A DNA stretch of 10,050 nt, taken from Azolla caroliniana. Its lineage: Eukaryota > Plantae > Polypodiophyta. The position numbers were made by a program, and so were the translations under genes. Of the stretch, positions 1 through 8,673 are shown in pieces (the stretch's first letter is position 1; every line of letters begins with the position of its first letter). The notes beneath the pieces are model-generated. The model made no database searches, had not been told where the DNA came from, and saw only the letters and a program-made list of their open reading frames with translations. The stretch spans positions 1 to 10,050 of the forward strand of contig JBHGNT010001302.1 in NCBI GenBank assembly GCA_043228905.1. The letters are read 5' to 3'.

Positions 1-3000
1 ACACCATATATACTCATACAGGAATTTTCGCCATATTCCATCCGCTCCTTTATGATACAACATGTCATTAAATAAACAAAAATTCCGACTTCGTACTGCA
101 ATTCTTTTTCTTTCATCTGTCGACATGTGTTCGGCCGGAATTCCTGTTGATAGAAATATCGTCATTTCGGAAATCCATTCATCCTCTTTTTCCTCATTCA
201 CTTCATGTGCTTTTACTGCCTCCACCCGAAATAATTGAGTATCTGGAAAATCATCTTTAACCCCAACCGCTTCTTCTCCAGACTCAAGCCGACTGAGATA
301 GTCAGCAATCGCGTGCTGTGCTCCTGGTCGATGTATAATGTCGAATTCAAACTCTTGAAGCAATAATGTCCATCGGGCTAACTTGCCTGTCAATTCTTGT
401 TTGGAAACTAGATACAGTAAAGCCGAATGATCCACATGAAATGTAAATTTCTTACCCAAAAGGTAATGTCGAAATTTGTTCACACTATATATCATTCCCA
501 AAGCTTCTCTTTCGGTTGTTGAATAGTTTCTTTCGGCCGACGAAAGTTTCCTACTGGCATAGTATACCGGCCTATACCAGTTTGGTTCGGATAATTGCAT
601 TAAAGCACTGCCTATGGCAATGTCCGACGCATCGACGAAAACATGAAATGGTTTGTTCCAGTCCGGTGGTTGAACTACCGGAACCTTCGTCAGCATCTTC
701 TTGAGACATTCGTACGCATCTTGTTCTATACTTGTCCATATAAAAGGAACTTTGTGTACTGCTGTGTGTAACGGAATAGCAATGTCTGCTAGATATCTCA
801 TCATTCTACTGTGCCACCGAATTTGACCCAAAAATCTACTTAGAGCTTTAGCATTTGTTGGTGGTGTTGCCTCAATAATTGCTTTAACTTTGTCTGGGTC
901 CACTGCAATCCCTTCTTGACTGACAATATGCCCAAGTAATGTACCACTCATTACTCCGAATGCGCATTTGGCTGGATTTAAACTAAGACGCCCTTTTCGA
1001 CATTTTTCTAAACATAGCCGTAAATGCTCAAAATGATCAGCTTTCCGACTATATACTGCAAAATCATCTAAAAACACCTGCATGAAAGCTGGAATATATT
1101 CCCCGAATATTTCCTGTATTACCCGCTGAAATGTAGCTGGAGCTGTTTTTAAACCGAACATCATGACTACTGCCACAAAGACACCCCATTCTGTGACGAA
1201 AGCTGTCTTTTCCTGATCTTCCGGATTCATCCGTACTTGGTTGTACCCACTGAACCCATCCAAGAAACTATAAATTTCATGTCCCGCTACTGCATCTAAT
1301 ATCCCATCTGTGAATGGCAACGGAAACGCATCCGTAATTGTCGCTGCATTCAATTTTCTGTAATCCACACATACACGAATTTTCCCATTCTTTTTCGGGA
1401 CTACTACTATTGGACTCAGCCATGTTGATTTTTTGACGGGTCGAATAAATCCTACTTTTAAGAGTTTATCGATTTCTTCTTTTACTTTGATAGCATAATT
1501 CGGATTCAACCTGTACCTGCGTTGTTGTACTGGCTTTGCATCTTTATGCAAATTGATTTGATGTTGGCAAAAAGCGGGATCCAGACCTTTCATATCGTCA
1601 AAGGACCATGCAAAAACATCTTTATATTGTAATAGTAATGTTGTTAATGTCCGTTTGTCATTTACCGTCAAATCTCTAGCAATCAAGATTGTTTTTCTTT
1701 CAGCATCCTCTACTCCTGCCAAATCGATCTCCTCCAATGCTGAGGCTTGCACTCTCTGAGATACTTGCAATTCCTTATCTGTAGCTTCTTGTTGCATTCG
1801 TATTTCTTTCATTGTTTGCTCATCGATTGGCACTTCTTCGTGTGAGTCTACATATGGTGTTAATGCTTGCAAAATATCTACCTCAAATAGAGGGATGATT
1901 TTTTGATTATCATCAAAATACTGACTTTCTTCTTCCTCGTCCAATCCTTCCATCATATTAACTGCTTCTGCATATACAGGTAAACTCTGTTTGCTTGTTG
2001 TCACTTTGTTGTGCGTCGGAATCCTGACCTTATTTTTTCCTTTTCTAAATGTTAGCACATTTTGTTTCCAATTTTGTTTAATATTAGCTGTCTTTAACCA
2101 TGGTCTCCCCAATAACAAGGGGTATGCTCCCTGTGTTTCTAACTGCAAAATTACTGCCGAAATCTGAAAACTGTGTCCCCCGATTATTACATCCAGTTGT
2201 CGAAGCAACCCAATCGGTCGTACCGTACTTGTATCTGCCATTCGTAACCAAAACAGACATGCTTCCCATTCCGTGATTCCCAGTTTTTCACATGTAGTTT
2301 TGTTAATCACATTAACACCCGAGCCTCCATCTATAATCACATTTCCGATTTCTTGCCCGTAAAGTATTACCTTAATCGACGGATTCTGTTCATCCATGAT
2401 CGAAGGGTTATTACTTGGCTGATTGTAGTGTACTGCTATTTGTTCGGAACCTTTATATGCAATTAATGTTGCCACTTTTTCTGTAAACCTTGGTACTAAC
2501 TTAAGTAAGCCCGTAAGTGGTAATGACACTTGGCAATCCGCCAACAGTTTCCAAGTTTCTTCCTGTTCCTTATTCTCCAATGACTGTTGTACAACGATGT
2601 CCTGGTCAATGTTATTGTCTTGTAACATTCGATTCACATTACTTTGATTTGCTTCATCCACCCATTCCTTTGCCGCCTTCCGAACTTCTTCCTGAATTTC
2701 CCACTCTGATTGTTTGCTTTTGCTGCGTGTCGTTACTTGCTGAACTTCCGGTATTACCATATTAACTGCTGGACCCTTTCCTTTAACCGGACATTGATTA
2801 GCATAATGGCCTAGTTGTCGACAAATGTAACAAGTGGGCACAAATGTTGCACTGGTCTCTCCATGTGCAAATTGCCCGTTATTAAATTGCTGCTCTTCAT
2901 TACCATTCGGGTTTTGTTGGTATTGACGTGTAGCTTTTGGTTTGTAGAATCTCTTGTTTTTATACCTATTCGGCCTAAATTGTTCAGTATTATCATTTGG

Positions 3001-4380
3001 TTGTGCTATATTGTGTGGTATCCCGAACTCCTGATTTGGCGGAAAATTACTCTGTTGAAACATTTGATTATTTTGTGGAACGGTTTGAGTATTATGTTGA
3101 AAAGTCATATTACCCGGTTGAAATGCCGGATTTGGTTGAAATGTAGAATTCGGTTGCACATTCGGACAGTTCTGTTGAAACCCTTGAAATGGTGGATTAC
3201 CTTGTTGGAAACTTTGATTATTTTGTTGAAAATATTGATTCGGATTCTGTACGAATGGTGGGTTGGATTGAGCAAAACCTGGTTGAAATGCTTGAGTCAC
3301 TTGAGTGGGTTGCATATTTTGTTGTGAAAAGATCTGATTTGGCTGTAGAACCGGGTTCTGTTGTACATTTTGCTGATTTTGTGAAAAATTATTATTTTGA
3401 TAACCATTGAACAGATTAGTGTTATTTTGGTAACCACTGTCAGCAAAAATTTGTCGTACTGACGCCGTAGTCTTATTAAGCAGATTATATTCACATTGTT
3501 CTACGGCATGTAATTTTGAATGACATATTGTACAATGTGTTCTTAACGTACAGTCAATTGCCGAATGCCCCGTATTTAAACAAGTGGTGCATTGAACTGC
3601 TTGTCGAAATTGTAACTCCTCCATTGTAGGTAATGTACGGTGTAATGCCGACATGTCCATACTCTGAACATTGACCGGTGGTCGACCCATTTCTATTGCT
3701 TTATCAATGACTTGTTCGATAGTCTGATTTCGAAAATCGAACACTTTCAATGTCGTCCTTAATGGTTCTTTTACAGCTTCTAGAAAGACTTCTTTTAATT
3801 CCTTATCCGGAATCGGTCTTGAAATCTGAAGCTGTAAGTTCTGAAATCGTATCACAAACTGAGATACTGTTTCATTTTTTTCTTGATATAACGCATAAAA
3901 TTGCGCAATCAAATCCTTCTGCGGAATTTGTTGATGAAATAATTGTAAAAATTTACTAGTTAATACTTCAAAGGATGGAAATCCTTGAAGACCGTTCTGC
4001 GCAAACCAATTAGCGGAATATCCGTCTAATGATAAGACAAACTCAGCGATTTTTGACTTATCCTCGGCATCTGCCGACAATCGCTGAGCTCCATGGTTAA
4101 TCTCCCATGTCGTTAAGAAATCCCTAACATGTGCTTCCGCATCTGTTCCTTCCCGGAACTTAGAATAAGTATAAGGCATATCGTCCCAAATGTCGTAAAA
4201 CGATACCTCTTCCGTCTGTTTTTCGTCTGAAGGTAATTGATCGGATAAGTCAGGAAGTTTCGACCACTTTGTGCTTGATTCCGGTTGTTCTTGCGTAATG
4301 AACGCTTGCTGCACTACCTTCGTAACTGACCTTGTACGAGGGCGCTTACAACCGACCGGTGCCTCCTCTTCATACGACAT
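1..4380 (-). CDS. Gag-Pol polyprotein (gag, 3x CCHC, aspartic protease, RT, RNase H, partial integrase); 3'-partial at window edge
   Basis: Manual translation gives ATG at 4380 (MSYEEEAPVG...) and no stop codon down to position 1 (1460 codons). Absent from the ORF track because its stop lies outside the window. Confidence 0.95.
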   Translation of the reverse strand, partial: MSYEEEAPVGCKRPRTRSVTKVVQQAFITQEQPESSTKWSKLPDLSDQLPSDEKQTEEVSFYDIWDDMPYTYSKFREGTDAEAHVRDFLTTWEINHGAQRLSADAEDKSKIAEFVLSLDGYSANWFAQNGLQGFPSFEVLTSKFLQLFHQQIPQKDLIAQFYALYQEKNETVSQFVIRFQNLQLQISRPIPDKELKEVFLEAVKEPLRTTLKVFDFRNQTIEQVIDKAIEMGRPPVNVQSMDMSALHRTLPTMEELQFRQAVQCTTCLNTGHSAIDCTLRTHCTICHSKLHAVEQCEYNLLNKTTASVRQIFADSGYQNNTNLFNGYQNNNFSQNQQNVQQNPVLQPNQIFSQQNMQPTQVTQAFQPGFAQSNPPFVQNPNQYFQQNNQSFQQGNPPFQGFQQNCPNVQPNSTFQPNPAFQPGNMTFQHNTQTVPQNNQMFQQSNFPPNQEFGIPHNIAQPNDNTEQFRPNRYKNKRFYKPKATRQYQQNPNGNEEQQFNNGQFAHGETSATFVPTCYICRQLGHYANQCPVKGKGPAVNMVIPEVQQVTTRSKSKQSEWEIQEEVRKAAKEWVDEANQSNVNRMLQDNNIDQDIVVQQSLENKEQEETWKLLADCQVSLPLTGLLKLVPRFTEKVATLIAYKGSEQIAVHYNQPSNNPSIMDEQNPSIKVILYGQEIGNVIIDGGSGVNVINKTTCEKLGITEWEACLFWLRMADTSTVRPIGLLRQLDVIIGGHSFQISAVILQLETQGAYPLLLGRPWLKTANIKQNWKQNVLTFRKGKNKVRIPTHNKVTTSKQSLPVYAEAVNMMEGLDEEEESQYFDDNQKIIPLFEVDILQALTPYVDSHEEVPIDEQTMKEIRMQQEATDKELQVSQRVQASALEEIDLAGVEDAERKTILIARDLTVNDKRTLTTLLLQYKDVFAWSFDDMKGLDPAFCQHQINLHKDAKPVQQRRYRLNPNYAIKVKEEIDKLLKVGFIRPVKKSTWLSPIVVVPKKNGKIRVCVDYRKLNAATITDAFPLPFTDGILDAVAGHEIYSFLDGFSGYNQVRMNPEDQEKTAFVTEWGVFVAVVMMFGLKTAPATFQRVIQEIFGEYIPAFMQVFLDDFAVYSRKADHFEHLRLCLEKCRKGRLSLNPAKCAFGVMSGTLLGHIVSQEGIAVDPDKVKAIIEATPPTNAKALSRFLGQIRWHSRMMRYLADIAIPLHTAVHKVPFIWTSIEQDAYECLKKMLTKVPVVQPPDWNKPFHVFVDASDIAIGSALMQLSEPNWYRPVYYASRKLSSAERNYSTTEREALGMIYSVNKFRHYLLGKKFTFHVDHSALLYLVSKQELTGKLARWTLLLQEFEFDIIHRPGAQHAIADYLSRLESGEEAVGVKDDFPDTQLFRVEAVKAHEVNEEKEDEWISEMTIFLSTGIPAEHMSTDERKRIAVRSRNFCLFNDMLYHKGADGIWRKFLYEYIWC
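289..651 (-). other. RNase H domain (Ty3/gypsy type)
   Basis: FHVFVDASDIAIG; YYASRKLS; NYSTTEREALG; VDHSAL; RWTLLLQEFEF; HAIADYLSR. All four catalytic acidic residues are present. Confidence 0.95.
920..1452 (-). other. LTR-type reverse transcriptase domain (approximate limits)
   Basis: WLSPIVVVPKKNGKIRVCVDYRKLN; FLDGFSGYNQ; KTAFVTEWG; MMFGLKTAPATFQR; catalytic FLDD at 1074-1063; LNPAKC; LLGHIVS. Confidence 0.97.
2089..2376 (-). other. Retropepsin aspartic protease domain (approximate limits)
   Basis: VIIDGGSGVNVI (catalytic D at 2331-2329), LRMAD, and YPLLLGRPWLKTA. Confidence 0.9.
2791..2832 (-). other. Third CCHC zinc knuckle
   Basis: CYICRQLGHYANQC, C-x2-C-x4-H-x4-C. Confidence 0.9.
3493..3591 (-). 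other. Two tandem CCHC zinc knuckles (nucleocapsid)
   Basis: CTTCLNTGHSAIDC (3591-3550) and CTICHSKLHAVEQC (3534-3493), both C-x2-C-x4-H-x4-C. Confidence 0.9.
3700..4170 (-). other. Retrotransposon Gag capsid domain of element A (approximate limits)
   Basis: KFREGTDAEAHVRDF...SLDGYSANWF...SFEVLTSKFLQLF...LYQEKNETVSQFVIRFQ, containing the Q-x3-E-(S/T)-V-x2-(F/Y)-x2-RF major-homology-like motif. Confidence 0.8.
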
Positions 4381-4415
4381 CCATTCGAATTGTTCTCTGC
4401 TTAATTGCAGATGTA

Positions 4416-4428
4416 ACCGGGCGTGCCA
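4416..4428 (-). promoter_or_regulatory. Primer-binding site of element A, complementary to tRNA-Arg 3' end
   Basis: Minus strand TGGCACGCCCGGT. The plus strand ACCGGGCGTGCCA resembles the 3' end plus CCA of plant tRNA-Arg(UCU) as I recall it. Located between the LTR and the gag ATG. Confidence 0.75.
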
Positions 4429-4439
4429 AAATTCTTCTG

Positions 4440-4561
4440 TGTTAATCGGCTAATTACTAACTATTACCGATACAGAAGAGTGAACGTCGCTACTCAACGT
4501 TCTAACAAGGAATTGTGTTCCCACCTGTTCGGTAAAACTGACTGTCCGGGTCCGGGTAACA
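4440..4561 (-). repeat. 5' LTR of element A (~122 bp; inner end 4440 or 4438)
   Basis: Minus strand starts TGTTACCCGG exactly where B gag stops and ends GATTAACA(CA) just upstream of the PBS, with a 5-bp terminal inverted repeat TGTTA/TAACA. Partner LTR is not in the window. Predicted TSD is GTGTC (4562-4566, plus strand). Confidence 0.7.
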
Positions 4562-5085
4562 GTGTCCACCGACTTGACAAACAATAGTACTCAACTTGTT
4601 TCGAGCACCGTCCGGTCTAGCGTCGACAACCGTGCGAACCGTTTTTCGAACTCCTGGAGGAGCACCGACGTGTTCCTCCCCTTTCCGGGGCTTTCCACCC
4701 ATGCCATGAAGTCCCGCCTCGACAACCGAAGCGAGTCGTCAAACCCGTACTTCTCGAGGAGCTGCAGCTCGAACTCCTCCCAAGTCTGGCTTCTGGCCAA
4801 CACCTCGAGCACCTCCGCGTGGATGCCCGGCGTCACCACCCGAGGGAATCCGGACAGCCGCCTGTCCACCGGGATATCCCTCATGATCATTTCGGCCCGG
4901 TAAGCCTCCAAATAACTTGTGGCGTCTTTCCCTCCGAAGCGGCCTATAGAGCCGACGATCGATTCAATGGCTTTGTCGAGGGTACCCGTCCCCTCACGAG
5001 CACTCACAGCCGGTCGACGGCCACCGCCATTGCCTCTGCTAGCTCCGATCCCCTCATCTTTCGACTCCTTTGCCGCCCTGTTCAC
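4562..5085 (-). pseudogene. gag N-terminal portion of element B, disrupted
   Basis: IGRFGGKDATSYLEAYRAEM...TWEEFELQLLEKY...LLQEFEKRFARL is gag-like. After TGA at 4593-4591 (probably CGA>TGA) the frame continues VLLFVKSVD up to the element A junction. The track start at 5085 is a GTG inside the PBS, so the true start is uncertain. Confidence 0.8.
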
Positions 5086-5098
5086 GTCGGGTTCACCA
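5081..5098 (-). promoter_or_regulatory. Primer-binding site of element B, complementary to tRNA-Trp 3' end
   Basis: Minus strand TGGTGAACCCGACGTGAA. The plus strand TTCACGTCGGGTTCACCA matches the last 18 nt of plant cytosolic tRNA-Trp(CCA) as I recall it. It lies 4 nt from the LTR end CA. Confidence 0.85.
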
Positions 5099-5102
5099 AA
5101 GA

Positions 5103-5163
5103 TGTCGCGTTGTTACGCGCGTGCGTGTAGAAGGGGTGGGATCACAGGGGTCTTGAACCGAGG

Positions 5164-5224
<61 letters not shown>
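5103..5224 (-). repeat. 3' (U5) segment of element B 5' LTR
   Basis: Ends ...CGCGACA on the minus strand 4 nt before the PBS and runs into the (TC)n tract. Confidence 0.8.
5167..5224. repeat. (GA)29 microsatellite, 3' flank of LINE
   Basis: Perfect GA dinucleotide run read directly. Confidence 0.99.
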
Positions 5225-5228
<4 letters not shown>

Positions 5229-5237
5229 TAGATAGAT
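5225..5237 (-). repeat. LINE 3' tail (TCTA)3
   Basis: Minus strand reads ...GATAATATAA TCTA TCTA TCTA and then (TC)n. There is no poly(A). Confidence 0.8.
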
Positions 5238-5246
5238 TATATTATC

Positions 5247-5277
5247 GTCTTCGGAGGTCAAATATGACCTATGAGAC
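5247..5277 (-). other. 3' UTR stem-loop of LINE
   Basis: Minus strand GTCT-CAT-AGGTCA-TATT-TGACCT-CCGA-AGAC: 6-bp inner stem and 4-bp outer stem, about 10 nt before the tail. Confidence 0.6.
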
Positions 5278-5292
5278 CAAAAATATTACATT

Positions 5293-8200
5293 TCACGTGA
5301 TACGTGTGAAAGTGAGTAGTGACTCTCGATGTTCAAGAACTTTACCAATGAATGTTGCAATCGAGAGTGCACATTGTGGTTGTGAAAGGAATTCATGCAA
5401 AGATTGGGCTCGATCGAAGAGATGTGGAAAGCATGGTCGAATATGATCAAAGGCAGAGCATTGTATCAAAGTGTGATACTCAGACTCGCGAACTTGTTTA
5501 GGGCAAAGTGTGCATAGCCGACCACTCTCATCACTTGTACCCCAACGCCCTGTTTCACATCGCAATGCATGTGAGCTAAGTCGCATGGAAGCAATGGTTC
5601 GAATGGAAGATAACGGTATGGGCTCTAACATGTATGGATGTGTACGATTTCCCCGTTCCGCAAAGAATATGGTTTTGTAGTTAGGTGCAACATGTGTAGT
5701 ATAATGTGTGAAGCGTGAGCCTCCAAATTTGTCCCATGTCATGATACATTGGCGTTGCAAAAATGCCTCATTTACAGAGGAATCTAATGATGCATCACGA
5801 AGCAAGTGTCTTGCATCCCATCTACCAAACCATTTTTCTATATCTTGCATCCAACTGGAACACAAAATTTTGCTTTTATGCGTCTTTTGGATCTTTTTGC
5901 TTGCTTCCCATGCAATTCTAGGAAGTCGATGTGAGGGACTTTTTTGAACCTTAAGCATGTATTGAACAACCCTTTCCATGGCCATGATCTCAATGGGAAG
6001 CGATCCTGTCTCAAGGAGGAGGAGGGTGTAGGGCGTTTGTTTCTTAACTTGTAGAAACTTGGTAAGAAAATGCTTTTGGACATTTTCAAACTCTTTTCAC
6101 ATAGATTTAGGGATGCTACCGCCCCATACTTCCACCCCATAGAGAAGAACTGGTGTCACCAAAGTGTCGAAAAGATATTTCTTGAGGACCCAACACTTAA
6201 TATCTCCAAGATTGCATGTGTTCTCAAATGCATAGTATGCTCGCTTGCCCGCCTCTAAGCGGCGTGTAGCACATTCATTCCATCTATGATTTGAAGGAAC
6301 TTCAAGGCCAAGATATTTGAAGCTTTCCACACATTCAAGTGGCTCATTGTTGTACATAATGCATGGTTTATCTCTTTTTTGGCTCTTCACAAGCATAATC
6401 TTTGTTTTAGAGCTATTGACACTTAATTTAGTATGCATGCAAAAATTTTCCAATGCCTTCATAAGCTTTTGTGCATCTCCTAAAGTATTTGCAAAAAGCA
6501 CTACATCATCTGCATATAGCAAAAGCATAATCACAACATTCCCAATGGCAACTTCTGCAACACATTCTTCCTTTGCAAACTTGGTAACCATTTCTTCCAA
6601 TTCATCAATGCATAGACCAAATAGTGTTGGTGAGAGTGGGCATCCTTGCTTAACACCAATAGTGCTTTTGAAAAAATCTGAAAGTTTATCTCTCATGCGC
6701 ACACAACATATAACCTTCTCATAAATTCGGGAAATTGCAAGCATATATTCACTTGGCACCTCAAGTTCTTCCATTCGCCTCCAAAGATGCTCACGAGGTA
6801 CCATATCAAAAGCTTTCTTGAAGTCTACAAAGCAACAATATAAACCTTTACCTCTAAGGCGACTTTCCTCCATTAATACTCGAAGGGTGATAAGGTGATC
6901 AATGGTGCTATGGTGTTTCCGAAAGCCAGCTTGTCCATAAGCTCTCTTACCACTTTTTTCAGCCCATACGCTTATCTTTGATTCCATTATACATCCAAAT
7001 AGTTTTGCCATTAATGAGCCAACCATGATGGTTCGATAGTTGTTTACATTATTTATATCTCCACCTTTATGTAAAGGTTTGATCCAATTTGTAGTCCAAT
7101 CGTACGACATACCATGTTGCAATGCATCATTAAACATATCGCTTATCCATATATGTGCTTCATTTCCCGTCCATTTGAGCATTTCAGCCTTTATACATTG
7201 AAGATCGCTTGCCTTTCGAGAGGCCAATTTCTTAAGTCCTATGCATATATCTTCAATTGTAAAGAAGGGAGGCATATGTGAAAGAGAACCATAACACATC
7301 ATCTTTCCGGAAAGAGTTAACTCATATAAATTCTTACAATGCATAGACAAGTCATGAAGAGTTAAGTCACCATAACTCTCAACACGTTTTCCCTTTAGAT
7401 TTCCCCAAAATTTAGCACATGCATGTGCTTTCTCTTGCGTTTGGATAAATTGTTGAGTAACTTCCCATATTCTTCTCTTTCTTTGAATAAGCCTTTTATA
7501 CTCATGCAAATGCTTTTGGTAATTCTCTTTATCCTTAACTACATCCAAAACCATAAGGCACTTTCGAGCTTCATGACATTCTTTATCAAACCATTTTTTC
7601 CTAAGTTTCTTGGTGCATTTCCAAGATGTGCGGTTGGTCGAAAAACATTTGTTTGTACATGAGAGAATGACTTTCTTGAAAGCTTCCCATTTGCATTCTA
7701 GTGTGGCACCATGTTGTATCTTTGTCATTTGTAACATATCCTCAACCATCTTGGAGTACATGGGTGCTTGCTTAAGGTTCATGCTCAAGTGCGGTTGTTT
7801 ATTATCTTCAATAGCCTTCTCACAATCAAACCTATGCATACATTTGAGATCAATACATAAAGGCCTATGATCGGATTCCGGTGTCCATTCACCAAGTGAG
7901 AATTTATGTATACGATCCAAAATACCTTCGGAAAGTAGCACATAATCAATCACACTATTTCCGTTGTGTTTTCTACATGTAAAACCATTAGTGTTGGGCC
8001 ATAAGGAAATACCATTTGCAATAAGCAATCCGGTACTATTGCACATTTGTAGGAGTAACTTCCCAAATTGGTCTGGATCTTTTTCATCGCTAGAAGAGCG
8101 GTTATACATTTGCATATCCTCTTGCATCCTTGAGATATGTGGCATGAAAGATTCTTGTGAATCAAGTTGGAAACTTCTTGTACGAGCATTCATGTCACCA

Positions 8201-8667
8201 AAGACAATAACTTCCCCTTTGGATTTGAAATAAGAAATATCATCTTCTAGATTGGCAAACGGTTGATCTTTATCCAAACAAGCATAAAAGCTAGAATCTT
8301 GATGAGGAATGTAACATCCAACTACAAAAGTGGGCAAATAATTAGGTGCTTCTATTTTGAGCCATATGTAGCATTTATTTTCATCATTTTTTATGATTGA
8401 CACATATTTCTCTATTTCCTTCTTAATCAAACATGCCACCCCTCCTTGTCCTCTTCTTTGTCTTGGATTTTTCTTCCATATCAAAGAGTGTACATTATAG
8501 TTTCCTAAACCTTGAATCCTTTGAGTATCATGCTCCCATGTTTCAACAAGAAGTGTGATATCCGAGTCATCGGTGAACTCCTCTATGCCAAATCCTGCAT
8601 TCCATGGGTATCCATTGCAATTCCAAAAGTATAGTCGTAAAAGTCGTGGGTTAGTCTCATAGATCAC
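5293..8667 (-). pseudogene. LINE ORF2 (AP endonuclease, reverse transcriptase, C-terminal zinc finger), 1124 codons with one internal nonsense codon
   Basis: APE motifs WNCNG, LVETW, GGVA, YIP, GDMNAR, IDYV, SDH (7875-7867). RT motifs YRTI, QAGFR, FVDFKKAFD, GVKQGCPLSP, YADD (6516-6505), FKYLG. C-terminal CTLC..H....C (5514-5458). Track ORFs 6097..8667 and 5293..5985 share one frame, joined across TGA at 6099-6097 (probably TGG>TGA). Confidence 0.95.
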
Positions 8668-8673
8668 GTGTCC

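Larger units (their letters stand above)
1..4561 (-). mobile_element. Ty3/gypsy LTR retrotransposon 'A' (non-chromovirus, Athila/Tat/Phygy/Selgy-type RT); 5' part, continues beyond position 1
   Basis: Minus-strand order is LTR (TGTTA..TAACA), PBS, gag, protease, RT, RNase H, integrase, which is the gypsy order. RT reads DAFPLPFTDGILDAVAGHEIYSFLDGFSGYNQ, typical of non-chromovirus plant gypsy elements. The boundary at 4561 coincides with the abrupt end of element B gag homology. Confidence 0.95.

Noticed and set aside
2815-3327. 170-aa hydrophobic plus-strand ORF resembling a membrane or env-like protein
   Set aside because: It is the antisense shadow of the Q/N-rich gag region (CAA/AAT codons read as TTG/ATT). 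No independent support.
4440-4507. 68-bp TGTTA...TAACA unit as a mini-LTR or MITE
   Set aside because: B gag homology resumes only at 4562, so the outer boundary at 4561 fits better. No TSD around the 68-bp unit.
4416-5098. tRNA-like sequences at 4416-4428 and 5081-5098
   Set aside because: Only 13-18 nt matching tRNA 3' ends including CCA. These are primer-binding sites, not tRNA genes.
4919-5227. Plus-strand ORF ending in (ER)n
   Set aside because: Translation of the (GA)n microsatellite and antisense gag/LTR sequence.
6097-6099. Separate third LINE ORF (5293..5985) or programmed readthrough at this TGA
   Set aside because: It is in frame with ORF2 and the intervening codons are normal ORF2 sequence. 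A single TGG>TGA mutation is the simplest explanation.
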